This document shows, in pieces, positions 15,742 to 23,807 of a stretch of 64,000 nucleotides of DNA; position 1 is the stretch's first letter, and every line of letters begins with the position of its first letter. The notes beneath the pieces were generated by a model that was not told the origin of the DNA, ran no database searches, and saw only the letters and a program-made list of their open reading frames with translations. The position numbers and the translations under genes were made by a program. The DNA is from a virus (taxonomy: Duplodnaviria; Caudoviricetes), in IMG/VR virus record IMGVR_UViG_3300020577_006811, positions 1 to 64,000 of that record; one strand, written 5' to 3'.

Positions 15742-18672
15742 ATGCACGCGCCTGCCGATCTCCGCCAGAGGAAGGAACGCATCGCCGCGCTTATCTACGA
15801 AAAGCGCAAGCGGGAAAACCGCATCGTTATGGAAGACAGCCTCTACGAGTTCACGCGCGCGGCGTGGTCTTCCATTGAGAGCAGCACCTTCCAAGACAGT
15901 TGGGCCATTGAGGCGCTGTGCGAGCACCTGCAGGCCGTTACCTACGGCCACATCAAAAGATTGCTTATAAATTTCCCGCCGAGATGCGGCAAGCCGGTCG
16001 CGCACGACAGCCTTGTGCTCACGCGGGCTAAAGGGTTGGTTAAAATTGATCAGATTATCGTCGGGGACGAGGTTCTGACTCACAAGGGCAATTGGAAGCC
16101 AGTAACTGCCGTCCACCGCCAGGGCGTGCTGCCAATATTGCGTGTGCATACTGCTGGAGGCCGCATGGTAGAAGCTGCGCCAGACCACCCGTTTTTGACG
16201 CCTAATGGGTGGGTGGAGGCTGGCGCCCTTATGGTTGACGATGTATTGGGCATCGTACCTCCGCAATCGCCGTGCGGACGAAACTCCATACCTTTAGAGG
16301 AGGCCCGTTTGCTCGGGTACTTTGTTGGCGACGGGCATTGTGGCGGCACGCCAAACATCACATGCGCGGATGACGACATAGCGGCCGACATCATCCATTG
16401 CATCCGTGCGACCGGATTCGTTGCCGCCGACCAGTCGTATCGCATGGCGAATACCGGATACATGCTTCGCCGTATATCAATGAAGCCAATTAGCCACGCA
16501 AAGGAGCGCCGGCACAAAGGCTACAAAGGGCCCGTTCGGCAATGGCTGGCGGACCGTGGCCTAGACCATCAGTCATCATACACAAAGATGGCGCCATCTA
16601 GCATCATGGAGGGCTCGGATGACATCGTGGCCGCTTTCTTAGGGGCCTATTGGTCCTGCGATGGGTTTATCACAGCGAGAGGAAGAAAGGGCGACGGCGT
16701 CGAACGGACCGACCTGCAAATTGGTTGTGACAGCGTCAACCAAGCGTTCATGCGACAGGTTCAGACATTGTTGGCTCGTCTCGGGATAAACTCGCATGTC
16801 CGGACCAAGGTCAACAAGAAGCTCAAAACCAAGCGGCAAGGCGACCAATACGTTTCTTATAGCTTGACCCTCCGCTCGCAAGACGACTGTTATCGTTTTG
16901 CCCAACGCATCAAGCTAAAGCATTCCAAGCGCTTTAAGCTGGAATACGAATACAAACGCCGGTTTGATTTTGACCGCCCCATATGGGGTGAAGTGATTGT
17001 TTCCGTTGAAGAGGCTGGTGAGAAAGAATGCTTATGCCTTACTGTGGCTGATGATGAAAGTTTCACGGCTAACGGATTTGCCGTGCACAACAGTTCAGTC
17101 GCATCCATATGCTGGCCGGCTTGGACATGGGCGCAGCCTGAAGAGCGCCGCTCGTTCGTATGTGGCCCAGGCACGCAGTTCCTTACGGCGTCGTACAATC
17201 ACGCGCTATCCTTGAAACTCAGCACTGCCAGCCGGCGCCTGATCCTCTCGCCGTTCTATCAAGAGTATTGGGGTGACCGGTTTAAGCTTGCAGGCGACCA
17301 AAACTCTAAAACTCAGTACGACACGGACCAGGGTGGCACGCGCATATCTACGTCAATCGGTGGTAGTCTTATCGGTATCGGCGGTGCGGTACTACTAGCG
17401 GACGACCCCCACAACACAGAGTCCGTCGAAAGCGAAGCCGAGCGCGAGACTGTGCTTCGTTGGTGGAAGGAATTCAGCAGCACGCGCCTCAACGACCCGA
17501 ACGAGTCTGCCATCGTCGTGGTCATGCAGCGACTGAACGAGGCTGACGTCAGCGGCGTCATCCTTGAAAGCTCGCGCGACTGGACGCACCTCATGCTGCC
17601 AATGCGCTACGACGAAACGCGCCATTGCCGCACGGTCATTGCCCCCGGAAAGTTTTGGGAAGATCCCCGCAAGGATACAGGCGAATCCTTGATGTGGCCG
17701 GAGCGCTTCGGCGCGCAGAAGGTCAAGGAGATGGAAGACGATCTTGGGCCGTACATGGCGTCCGGTCGTCTCCAGCAGCGTCCGTCTCCGCAGGGCGGTG
17801 GCATTCTCAAGCGCGAATGGTGGAAGACTTGGGAAGAGCCAGAGTACCCGTACTGCTACTATAAGTGGGCGTCTGCCGACACGGCTTATACGGAAGCCGA
17901 AGAGAACGACCCCACGGGTTTTACGGTCTGGGGGCTCTTTGAGATTGCGCACCAGCCGCACATCATCCTCATGGATGCGTGGCGCAAGCGATTGGAACTG
18001 CACATTCCGCAGCAATGGGAAGACAAAGACGGCACCCCATCCAGCCGATTGGAGCAGGTCAAGTCGTGGCAGCGTGCAGCGTGGGCTCAATACAAAGCCA
18101 TGCAACAAGCACAGCAGGGTATGAAGCCGCCGCAGATTTCGCCCGAGTTGGAGCCGTGGTCCACGTACATCCATTACGGCATCAGCAACGCCGACCGCTG
18201 GCCCGACGAAACCTACGAGATGTGGCGACTGCGCACACAGGAGAAGTGGGGTCTGTGCGAATGGATCGCGCATTCGTGCAGGCGCTTCAGCGTCAACGAA
18301 CTTCTGATTGAGGCTAAGGCGACCGGCATCACAGTCGCTCAAGAGCTTCGGCGGCTGAATGGCAACGATGGCTGGGGCATTCAACTAAAGACTCCGCAGG
18401 GCGACAAGGTCGCACGTGCCTATGCGGTGCAAAGCACGCTAAGCTCCGGGCTCGTATATGCGCCAGACAAAGCCTGGGCCGATCTTGTGCTTGAGGAAAC
18501 CAGTTCGTTTCCCAAACACCGCTATAAAGATTTGACCGATTCTACCTCAATGGCGTGGCTTCACGTCCGCGAGATGGGCATGTTGACTAGACCTGAAGAA
18601 CGGTTGCTTGCCGAGCAAATGGCCGCACAATACCGGCCGCAAACCGCCCCACTTTACCCAGGATCGCGATGA
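15742..18672 (+). CDS. terL: terminase large subunit (intein-interrupted)
   Basis: Spliced Walker A LINFPPRCGK|SSVAS; Walker B LLADDPH; VVMQRL; QQRP; C-terminal nuclease SADTAY / IEAKATG / DLTDSTS. Confidence 0.95.
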   Translation: MHAPADLRQRKERIAALIYEKRKRENRIVMEDSLYEFTRAAWSSIESSTFQDSWAIEALCEHLQAVTYGHIKRLLINFPPRCGKPVAHDSLVLTRAKGLVKIDQIIVGDEVLTHKGNWKPVTAVHRQGVLPILRVHTAGGRMVEAAPDHPFLTPNGWVEAGALMVDDVLGIVPPQSPCGRNSIPLEEARLLGYFVGDGHCGGTPNITCADDDIAADIIHCIRATGFVAADQSYRMANTGYMLRRISMKPISHAKERRHKGYKGPVRQWLADRGLDHQSSYTKMAPSSIMEGSDDIVAAFLGAYWSCDGFITARGRKGDGVERTDLQIGCDSVNQAFMRQVQTLLARLGINSHVRTKVNKKLKTKRQGDQYVSYSLTLRSQDDCYRFAQRIKLKHSKRFKLEYEYKRRFDFDRPIWGEVIVSVEEAGEKECLCLTVADDESFTANGFAVHNSSVASICWPAWTWAQPEERRSFVCGPGTQFLTASYNHALSLKLSTASRRLILSPFYQEYWGDRFKLAGDQNSKTQYDTDQGGTRISTSIGGSLIGIGGAVLLADDPHNTESVESEAERETVLRWWKEFSSTRLNDPNESAIVVVMQRLNEADVSGVILESSRDWTHLMLPMRYDETRHCRTVIAPGKFWEDPRKDTGESLMWPERFGAQKVKEMEDDLGPYMASGRLQQRPSPQGGGILKREWWKTWEEPEYPYCYYKWASADTAYTEAEENDPTGFTVWGLFEIAHQPHIILMDAWRKRLELHIPQQWEDKDGTPSSRLEQVKSWQRAAWAQYKAMQQAQQGMKPPQISPELEPWSTYIHYGISNADRWPDETYEMWRLRTQEKWGLCEWIAHSCRRFSVNELLIEAKATGITVAQELRRLNGNDGWGIQLKTPQGDKVARAYAVQSTLSSGLVYAPDKAWADLVLEETSSFPKHRYKDLTDSTSMAWLHVREMGMLTRPEERLLAEQMAAQYRPQTAPLYPGSR
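15994..17091 (+). mobile_element. intein (366 aa) with LAGLIDADG homing endonuclease
   Basis: Starts PVAHDSLV after GK; block B AAPDHPF; LLGYFVGDGH and FLGAYWSCDGF; ends SFTANGFAVHN|S. Confidence 0.92.
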
Positions 18673-18914
18673 TGGACCCAGCCACCGCCTTGAAGCAGGA
18701 AGCCGTTTGGATGGCACGCGGGCAAGCCACCCAAGAGGCATCGCAGCGTGCGCAGGCTTACCGTCCACGGCTTGGCATGCACCAGTACACGTGCCCAAAG
18801 TGCTGGATTCTTCGCGCTCAAATGAGCCCCATGCGCTCTGTGCCCGGCACCAGCGAATACGACGTGCTGGTGTGCAACACCTGCGACGGCGATGTCGTGA
18901 TCCCCTTTGACTGA
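18669..18914 (+). CDS. small Zn-ribbon protein
   Basis: CPKC...CNTC; overlaps the terL stop. Confidence 0.65.
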   Translation: MMDPATALKQEAVWMARGQATQEASQRAQAYRPRLGMHQYTCPKCWILRAQMSPMRSVPGTSEYDVLVCNTCDGDVVIPFD

Positions 18915-18923
18915 AGGAATGCC

Positions 18924-19151
18924 ATGTTCACCCAACTGAACCCACCCCTCCCCGTCTTCGTCGTGGGGCGGGGCAAAGGCTCTGCAATCGCAGTCATTGA
19001 CTACGGCCAAGAGCACAACCTGATTTGGGTCACGGCCATTGACGCCACGGGCGAAATCTGGTGTGCACCGAACCCAAGTGTGCGAATGCAATCCAACTGG
19101 ACCATGGGGCGACAGCTTACGCCTCAACCGAGCGAGCCGACCAAGGCGTAG
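18924..19151 (+). CDS. conserved phage hypothetical protein
   Basis: QLNPPLP...IDYGQEH..IWV...GEIW...NP.VR...N.T.GR motif. Confidence 0.8.
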   Translation: MFTQLNPPLPVFVVGRGKGSAIAVIDYGQEHNLIWVTAIDATGEIWCAPNPSVRMQSNWTMGRQLTPQPSEPTKA

Positions 19152-19153
19152 AC

Positions 19154-19309
19154 ATGCAAGCCGTTGTCACATCCCAGTCGGAAATGCGCGCCGCGGTCAA
19201 GGAAGCCGCGCAGAAGGGCCTGCGCTGGACGCAGATCAGCACGCAAGGCCTGCCGTCCGGCACGATGCGGCTCACGTTTTACCCAGAAGCGCAGAGCATC
19301 AACGGTTGA
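19154..19309 (+). CDS. hypothetical protein (51 aa)
   Basis: In operon. Confidence 0.5.
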   Translation: MQAVVTSQSEMRAAVKEAAQKGLRWTQISTQGLPSGTMRLTFYPEAQSING

Positions 19310-19430
19310 CGCAGCGACAACGCTGTGCCATGCAAGGCCATGGACCGATTGGCACTCATATCCGGCCTCTCCACGCGCTCGCGATACTTACGCTGAGCCC
19401 CCGCGCGTTTGCGCAACACTTCTCTTAAAC

Positions 19431-19506
19431 GTCACGGTACCCCAACGGTAGAGGGCCCGGCCTCAAACCCCGGTCAGTGTCCGTTCGAATCGGACCCGTG
19501 ACACCA
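19431..19506 (+). tRNA. tRNA-Leu(CAA), short variable loop
   Basis: Acceptor GTCACGG/CCGTGAC; loop CT-CAA-AC; T arm GTCCG-TTCGAAT-CGGAC; A73; CCA. Confidence 0.8.
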
Positions 19507-19510
19507 TCAC

Positions 19511-19587
19511 ACTCGTCTGGCGGAATTGGTATACGCGGTGGGCTTAAACCCCACGTCATGATCCCGGTTCGAACCCGGGGACGAGTA
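19511..19587 (+). tRNA. tRNA-Leu(TAA)
   Basis: Acceptor ACTCGTC/GACGAGT; GTGGG-CTTAAAC-CCCAC; no encoded CCA. Confidence 0.85.
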
Positions 19588-19588
19588 C

Positions 19589-19678
19589 GGGAAGGGTTCC
19601 CCTCAGCGGTCTGTAAAACCGCCGGCTTTGAAAGAGAGGGGTGGCTGCCTAGAGGATCGTAACCTCCCCAACCCACCA
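19589..19678 (+). ncRNA. non-canonical tRNA-like RNA, anticodon GTA (Tyr-like)
   Basis: GGGAAGGG/CCCAACCC acceptor, GCGGT-CTGTAAA-ACCGC arm, GAGG-ATCGTAA-CCTC T arm, ACCA end; no canonical D arm. Confidence 0.7.
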
Positions 19679-19681
19679 TTT

Positions 19682-19756
19682 CGGCCTGTGGTGTAACGGT
19701 CAGCACCCTCGGCTCATAACCGAGTTGTGTGGGTTCAAGTCCCACCGGGCCAACCA
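19682..19756 (+). tRNA. tRNA-Met(CAT), initiator-like
   Basis: C1:A72 mismatch; CTCGG-CTCATAA-CCGAG; CCA. Confidence 0.9.
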
Positions 19757-19913
19757 TCTAAGTAGATTGCCCTTGCAATGTCTCGCGCACCATGCCATGC
19801 AGGGCCATGGACACGACGATCACAACACGACGACCGAGACGGCCACGGCGACCCGCCAGGTAACGTCCGCATTCCGTGTTGTGCGCATCGCGCGCAAATC
19901 CTCCATCATTATA

Positions 19914-19988
19914 GCTGGTTTAGCTCAGCGACAGAGCAGCGGTTTTGTAAACCGAAGGCCGTGGGTTCAAATCCTACAACCAGCACCA
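19914..19988 (+). tRNA. tRNA-Thr(TGT)
   Basis: GCTGGTT/AACCAGC; loop TT-TGT-AA; CCA. Confidence 0.9.
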
Positions 19989-19992
19989 AACC

Positions 19993-20068
19993 GCGCACGT
20001 GGCCCAATGGATAAGGCGTCGGTCTACGGAACCGAAGATTGCAGGTTCAAGTCCTGCCGTGCGCTCCA
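19993..20068 (+). tRNA. tRNA-Arg(ACG)
   Basis: GCGCACG/CGTGCGC; TCGGT-CTACGGA-ACCGA; CCA. Confidence 0.95.
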
Positions 20069-20073
20069 CCTTT

Positions 20074-20152
20074 CAGCGCGTAGGGAAGTCTGGTCGTTCC
20101 CGCCTGCCTTGGAAGCAGGAAACCGCTGGTTCAAATCCAGCCGCGCTGACCA
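20074..20152 (+). tRNA. tRNA-Pro(TGG)
   Basis: CAGCGCG/CGCGCTG; CCTGC-CTTGGAA-GCAGG; CCA. Confidence 0.95.
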
Positions 20153-20156
20153 CTTT

Positions 20157-20232
20157 GCACGCCTAGCTCAGCGGATAGAGCGCTGGTTTCCGAAACCAGA
20201 GGACGCAGGTTCGACCCCTGCGGCGTGCTCCA
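20157..20232 (+). tRNA. tRNA-Arg(CCG)
   Basis: GCACGCC/GGCGTGC; CTGGT-TTCCGAA-ACCAG; CCA. Confidence 0.95.
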
Positions 20233-20238
20233 CAGACT

Positions 20239-20321
20239 GCGCAAGTAGCCGGTTCCGGCTTCTACCCGGTTATCCGTAATTGGAGCTGAAAATGAGGGTT
20301 CGAATCCTTCCTTGCGCGCCA
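20239..20321 (+). ncRNA. non-canonical tRNA-like RNA, probable anticodon TCT (Arg-like)
   Basis: Perfect GCGCAAG/CTTGCGC acceptor, CCGG-CTTCTAC-CCGG arm, GAGGG-TTCGAAT-CCTTC T arm, GCCA end; no canonical D arm. Confidence 0.7.
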
Positions 20322-20353
20322 AACAAAAACGGCGGGGCCTTTCGGCACCCGCC
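20322..20353 (-). terminator. intrinsic terminator between the convergent tRNA groups
   Basis: Minus strand GGCGGGTGCC-GAAA-GGCCCCGCC followed by GTTTTTGTTT. Confidence 0.65.
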
Positions 20354-20446
20354 TGAGTTGGGATAGAGCTGAGCCCTGATCTCAGCGCACCCACTCTAAC
20401 CGCAGCGGCGTTGCACGCCTACAAGATCGCGGCGGTTCTCCACAGA

Positions 20447-20520
20447 TGGCAGCCCCTCCCCGAGTTGAACGGGGCCTTACGCAGTCAAAGTGCGTCGTCA
20501 TACCGATAGACCAAGGGGCC
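20447..20520 (-). tRNA. tRNA-Gln(TTG)
   Basis: GGCCCCT/AGGGGCT; ACGCA-CTTTGAC-TGCGT; G73; CCA. Confidence 0.9.
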
Positions 20521-20522
20521 GC

Positions 20523-20596
20523 TGGACGAGCGCCGGGGAATTGAACCCCGTACCACCGATTTGCAGTCGGCTGCGTCACCGTCCCGCCCGCGCTCG
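20523..20596 (-). tRNA. tRNA-Cys(GCA)
   Basis: CGAGCGC/GCGCTCG; GCCGA-CTGCAAA-TCGGT; U73; CCA. Confidence 0.9.
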
Positions 20597-20716
20597 TTGC
20601 GTGCGCTATCTACACTGATCATGGTTCTTGTTTCAACCGCCGACCAGCGTTGACCCTCCCGCCAAATTGTGCCAGCCATCTTGGAACCGCGTCGCGTTCA
20701 ACCCAAGAGGATGCCT

Positions 20717-20950
20717 ATGACGGACGAGACCACGCCTGACGCCGATGCCATGATGCTTTCCCCCCGCGACATCGCCAACGCCTTGAGCGGCGGCCTTGCG
20801 GACCTCACCACCTACGTTCGCACCAATCCAGCCCCCGATCCGCGCGCCATCATGGCCGAGATGGAACGGCTGGCCCTGAACTTCGTGCGCCGCCTGCCCG
20901 TGCCGCAGGCCCAGGCCGGTGACGTCCCCTCCGAGGCTCGCCCCAACTGA
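20717..20950 (+). CDS. hypothetical protein
   Basis: AAGAGG RBS, GC3-rich. Confidence 0.65.
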   Translation: MTDETTPDADAMMLSPRDIANALSGGLADLTTYVRTNPAPDPRAIMAEMERLALNFVRRLPVPQAQAGDVPSEARPN

Positions 20951-21123
20951 TGTTTCGGGTGGTCCATCTCCGCCCATTTATGCGTCCAGGGGAAGTCGTC
21001 ACCGCTGACGGCCGAACCTGGACGATTGAGCATGTCGGTTTTCTTGACGGTCTGCGGCGTATCTTTGTATCTCGTGTAGAGAACGGCCGCGTCATTGTTC
21101 AGTCCTGGCTGATTGCGAACTGA
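20950..21123 (+). CDS. hypothetical protein (57 aa)
   Basis: TGATG coupling; manual translation MFRVVHLRPF...WLIAN. Confidence 0.45.
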   Translation: MFRVVHLRPFMRPGEVVTADGRTWTIEHVGFLDGLRRIFVSRVENGRVIVQSWLIAN

Positions 21124-21164
21124 ACAAGGGCGCCCGTGGCGTCCGAGCCACGAAAGACCGGCCC

Positions 21165-23747
21165 ATGGCCAAAAAGCCCGCCAAGTCCCGCTCCAAGAAA
21201 AAGATCCAGGAAATCCCGGCGTTCGAAGTCGGGGGCGCCATCATGGAGCCGGAAGGCGAGGCCGCGGCGCCGACGATGGATGCAGCCTTTGGCCCCGCCA
21301 TCACCATCGTTAACGACGACGACAGCGTGACCATTGAGTTTGACACGGGCGAGGAAGAACTTCCCGACCCCGAGTTTGAAGACAACCTTGCAGAGCATAT
21401 CGATCGCACGACGCTCGGGCGCATTGCCAGCGACCTGCTGGAGCAGATCGAACAGGACGACCGCGACCGCTCCGAGTGGCTGACCCAGCGCGCCGACGGC
21501 CTAGAACTGCTGGGCACGAAGGTGGAAAAGCCAGGCGGCGGCGCTGTGGGCACGTCGTCTACGGCGGTGCCGGGGCAATCCACCGTGCGCGACGGCATTC
21601 TCAACGAGGCCGTGATCCGCTTCCAGGCCAACGCCTTTGCCGAGCTTTGTCCCTCTGAAGGCCCGGTCAAGGTCATGAACTATTCCAGCGAAACGCTGGA
21701 CGACGACAAACTGGCTGAAGACCTTGAGAAAGACCTGAACTTTTATCTGACCGGAGCCGGCGGCTCGGCCACAGCGACCGAGTATTACCCCGACACCCGC
21801 AACATGCTGTGGTGGGTCGGGTATGCCTCTGGCATGTTCAAGAAGATCTACAACTGCCCGCTGCGAGGGCGCCCCGTTTCCGAAAGCGTGGACGGCTCCG
21901 ATCTGATTGTGCCGTCCACAGCCACCAACCTGCACAACGCCCGCCGCATCACGCATCAGATGACTATGAGTCCGGTCATCATGAAGCGGATGCAGGTGCT
22001 GGGCGAATACCGCAACGTCGCCTTGCAGCAACCGAGCCCGCACAACAACGCCCTGGTTAACAGTGAAGCCGACATCGTCGGCATGAACCCGAACCAGACG
22101 CGGCCCGAGGACCAGGACTTTACCGTCTACGAGTGCTACTGCGACCTGGACATCCCAGGCTTTGAGCACACCGACAAGAAGGGCGAGCCCACGGGGCTGC
22201 CCGTGCCCTACATCGTGGTGATCGACAAGGACTCGCAAGAGATCCTGAGTATCAAGCGCAACTGGGATAAGCCGAAAGAGGGCGAAGAGGCCAAGCTTCC
22301 CAAGGCCAAGATTCCCTTCGTGCTGTTCCCGTATGTCACCGGGCTTGGCTTCTACGGCCAAGGCCTGCTGCACCAGCTCGGCAACTACACCACCGCGCTT
22401 ACCGCGATGCTGCGCGAGTGCATCGACGCGGGCATGTTTGCCTCGTTCCCGGGCTTCCTGTTTGCCAAGCCCATGGGGCGCCAGCTTCAAAACGAGTTCC
22501 GCGTGCCACCGGGCGGCGGCGCACCGATCGATGTCTCTGCCACCGGCAACGACATCACCAAAGCCGTTATGCCGCTGCCGTACAAGGACGTGTCGGCGGC
22601 CATGGTCGCGCTCATGTCGCAGACGCGGGAGCAAGCGGCCCGCTACGGCGGCATGGCCGAATCACCGACTGGAGAAGGCGTCATCAACGCGCCCGTGGGC
22701 AGCGTGCTGGCGGCCATCGACCAGGCCACCCGCATTGAAGGCGGCGTCCACAAGGCCCTATATGCGGCGCAGCGCGAAGAGTTCGAACTGCTGTTTTCCT
22801 TGTTCAAGGACAACCCCGAACCGCTGTGGGCCGGCAACCCACGCCCGGCCATGGGCGCCGATCCCGCCACGCGCATGCGCCGCTGGGAGCAGGCCACCAA
22901 GCATTGCAGCCTGACGCCTGCGTCAGACCCGAACGTGCCCTCGCACATGCATCGCTTGGCCAAAGCCAGCACGTACCTGCAGACGGCTCTGGCCGTCCCC
23001 GGCGTGTTTGACATGCGCCGCGTGCTGACCCGTTGGGCCGCCATGGTGCGCATTGACGACATTGAACAGGACTTCCTGCCCGAGCAACCGCCAATGCAGC
23101 CGCCGCCGCTCAATCCGCTGCAGGTCGAGAAGCTGCGCATTGACGACAAGAATGCCGATACCCGCCGTCTTGACGTGGTTCTCAAGCACCAAGGCGCGAC
23201 CGCCAAACTGCAATCGGATCAGGAGATTGCAGCCGCCAAGATGGCCGAAGGACAGGCAACGGCTTTGGATCAGGGCCAGATTGACCCGCTTCAGGCGCGT
23301 GCGCTTGACCTCAAACAGCAGCAGTTGGACCAGAACGCGCAGAAGCTGGCCGTTGACGCGCACCAGAAGCATGCCGAACTGAACAGCAAGGAGTCTATTG
23401 AAGCGCTGAAACTGGTCAACGCTGCCTTCGTGCACCCGGAGTCGCAGGGAGTAGCAAGCCAGGAGATGGCAAAGCTTCAAGACATCATCGCGCCAGCTGC
23501 CGACAACAACCACCGCCCCGCCGCCGCGCCGTTCGGGTTGTCGTCCATGGCAGCCGGCGGCCCCGTGCGCGACGAAGAGACAGTCATTGAACCGGACGAG
23601 ATCATCGTCATCCGGCCTTACGAAGCCCCCTCTGAAGACGACATCGCGCAGGCCGTTGTGGAAGACGCCGCCTACAGGGCGCAGTTGGATCAAATCCTGC
23701 ACGATTATCTTCTTGGGCGTCGGCAGGAACGCGCCTATACCAATTGA
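21165..23747 (+). CDS. portal protein
   Basis: 860 aa after the terminase; DD.DRSEW...GLELLG, E.VIRFQA.A..EL.P..GPVK, FYG.GL.H.LG motifs; long coiled-coil C-terminus. Confidence 0.85.
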   Translation: MAKKPAKSRSKKKIQEIPAFEVGGAIMEPEGEAAAPTMDAAFGPAITIVNDDDSVTIEFDTGEEELPDPEFEDNLAEHIDRTTLGRIASDLLEQIEQDDRDRSEWLTQRADGLELLGTKVEKPGGGAVGTSSTAVPGQSTVRDGILNEAVIRFQANAFAELCPSEGPVKVMNYSSETLDDDKLAEDLEKDLNFYLTGAGGSATATEYYPDTRNMLWWVGYASGMFKKIYNCPLRGRPVSESVDGSDLIVPSTATNLHNARRITHQMTMSPVIMKRMQVLGEYRNVALQQPSPHNNALVNSEADIVGMNPNQTRPEDQDFTVYECYCDLDIPGFEHTDKKGEPTGLPVPYIVVIDKDSQEILSIKRNWDKPKEGEEAKLPKAKIPFVLFPYVTGLGFYGQGLLHQLGNYTTALTAMLRECIDAGMFASFPGFLFAKPMGRQLQNEFRVPPGGGAPIDVSATGNDITKAVMPLPYKDVSAAMVALMSQTREQAARYGGMAESPTGEGVINAPVGSVLAAIDQATRIEGGVHKALYAAQREEFELLFSLFKDNPEPLWAGNPRPAMGADPATRMRRWEQATKHCSLTPASDPNVPSHMHRLAKASTYLQTALAVPGVFDMRRVLTRWAAMVRIDDIEQDFLPEQPPMQPPPLNPLQVEKLRIDDKNADTRRLDVVLKHQGATAKLQSDQEIAAAKMAEGQATALDQGQIDPLQARALDLKQQQLDQNAQKLAVDAHQKHAELNSKESIEALKLVNAAFVHPESQGVASQEMAKLQDIIAPAADNNHRPAAAPFGLSSMAAGGPVRDEETVIEPDEIIVIRPYEAPSEDDIAQAVVEDAAYRAQLDQILHDYLLGRRQERAYTN

Positions 23748-23807
23748 CGTGCTGACTGTGCCGCGTATCTCAACTCAAACCAGAGGGCGCCACGCGGCGC
23801 GGTTCCC

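Noticed and set aside
17990-18260. Second intein in the TerL nuclease domain
   Set aside because: The insertion has no Hint blocks or HN terminus; treated as a lineage-specific loop.
19431-19506. Opal-suppressor reading (TCA anticodon) of the first tRNA
   Set aside because: Stem symmetry and U33 place the anticodon at CAA. TGA and TAG serve as ordinary stops throughout, so there is no sign of recoding.
19164-20014. Peptide genes CHARPW / CHAGPW from the repeated 20-mer
   Set aside because: The ORFs lack an RBS and run into tRNA genes; a DNA or RNA motif is more parsimonious.
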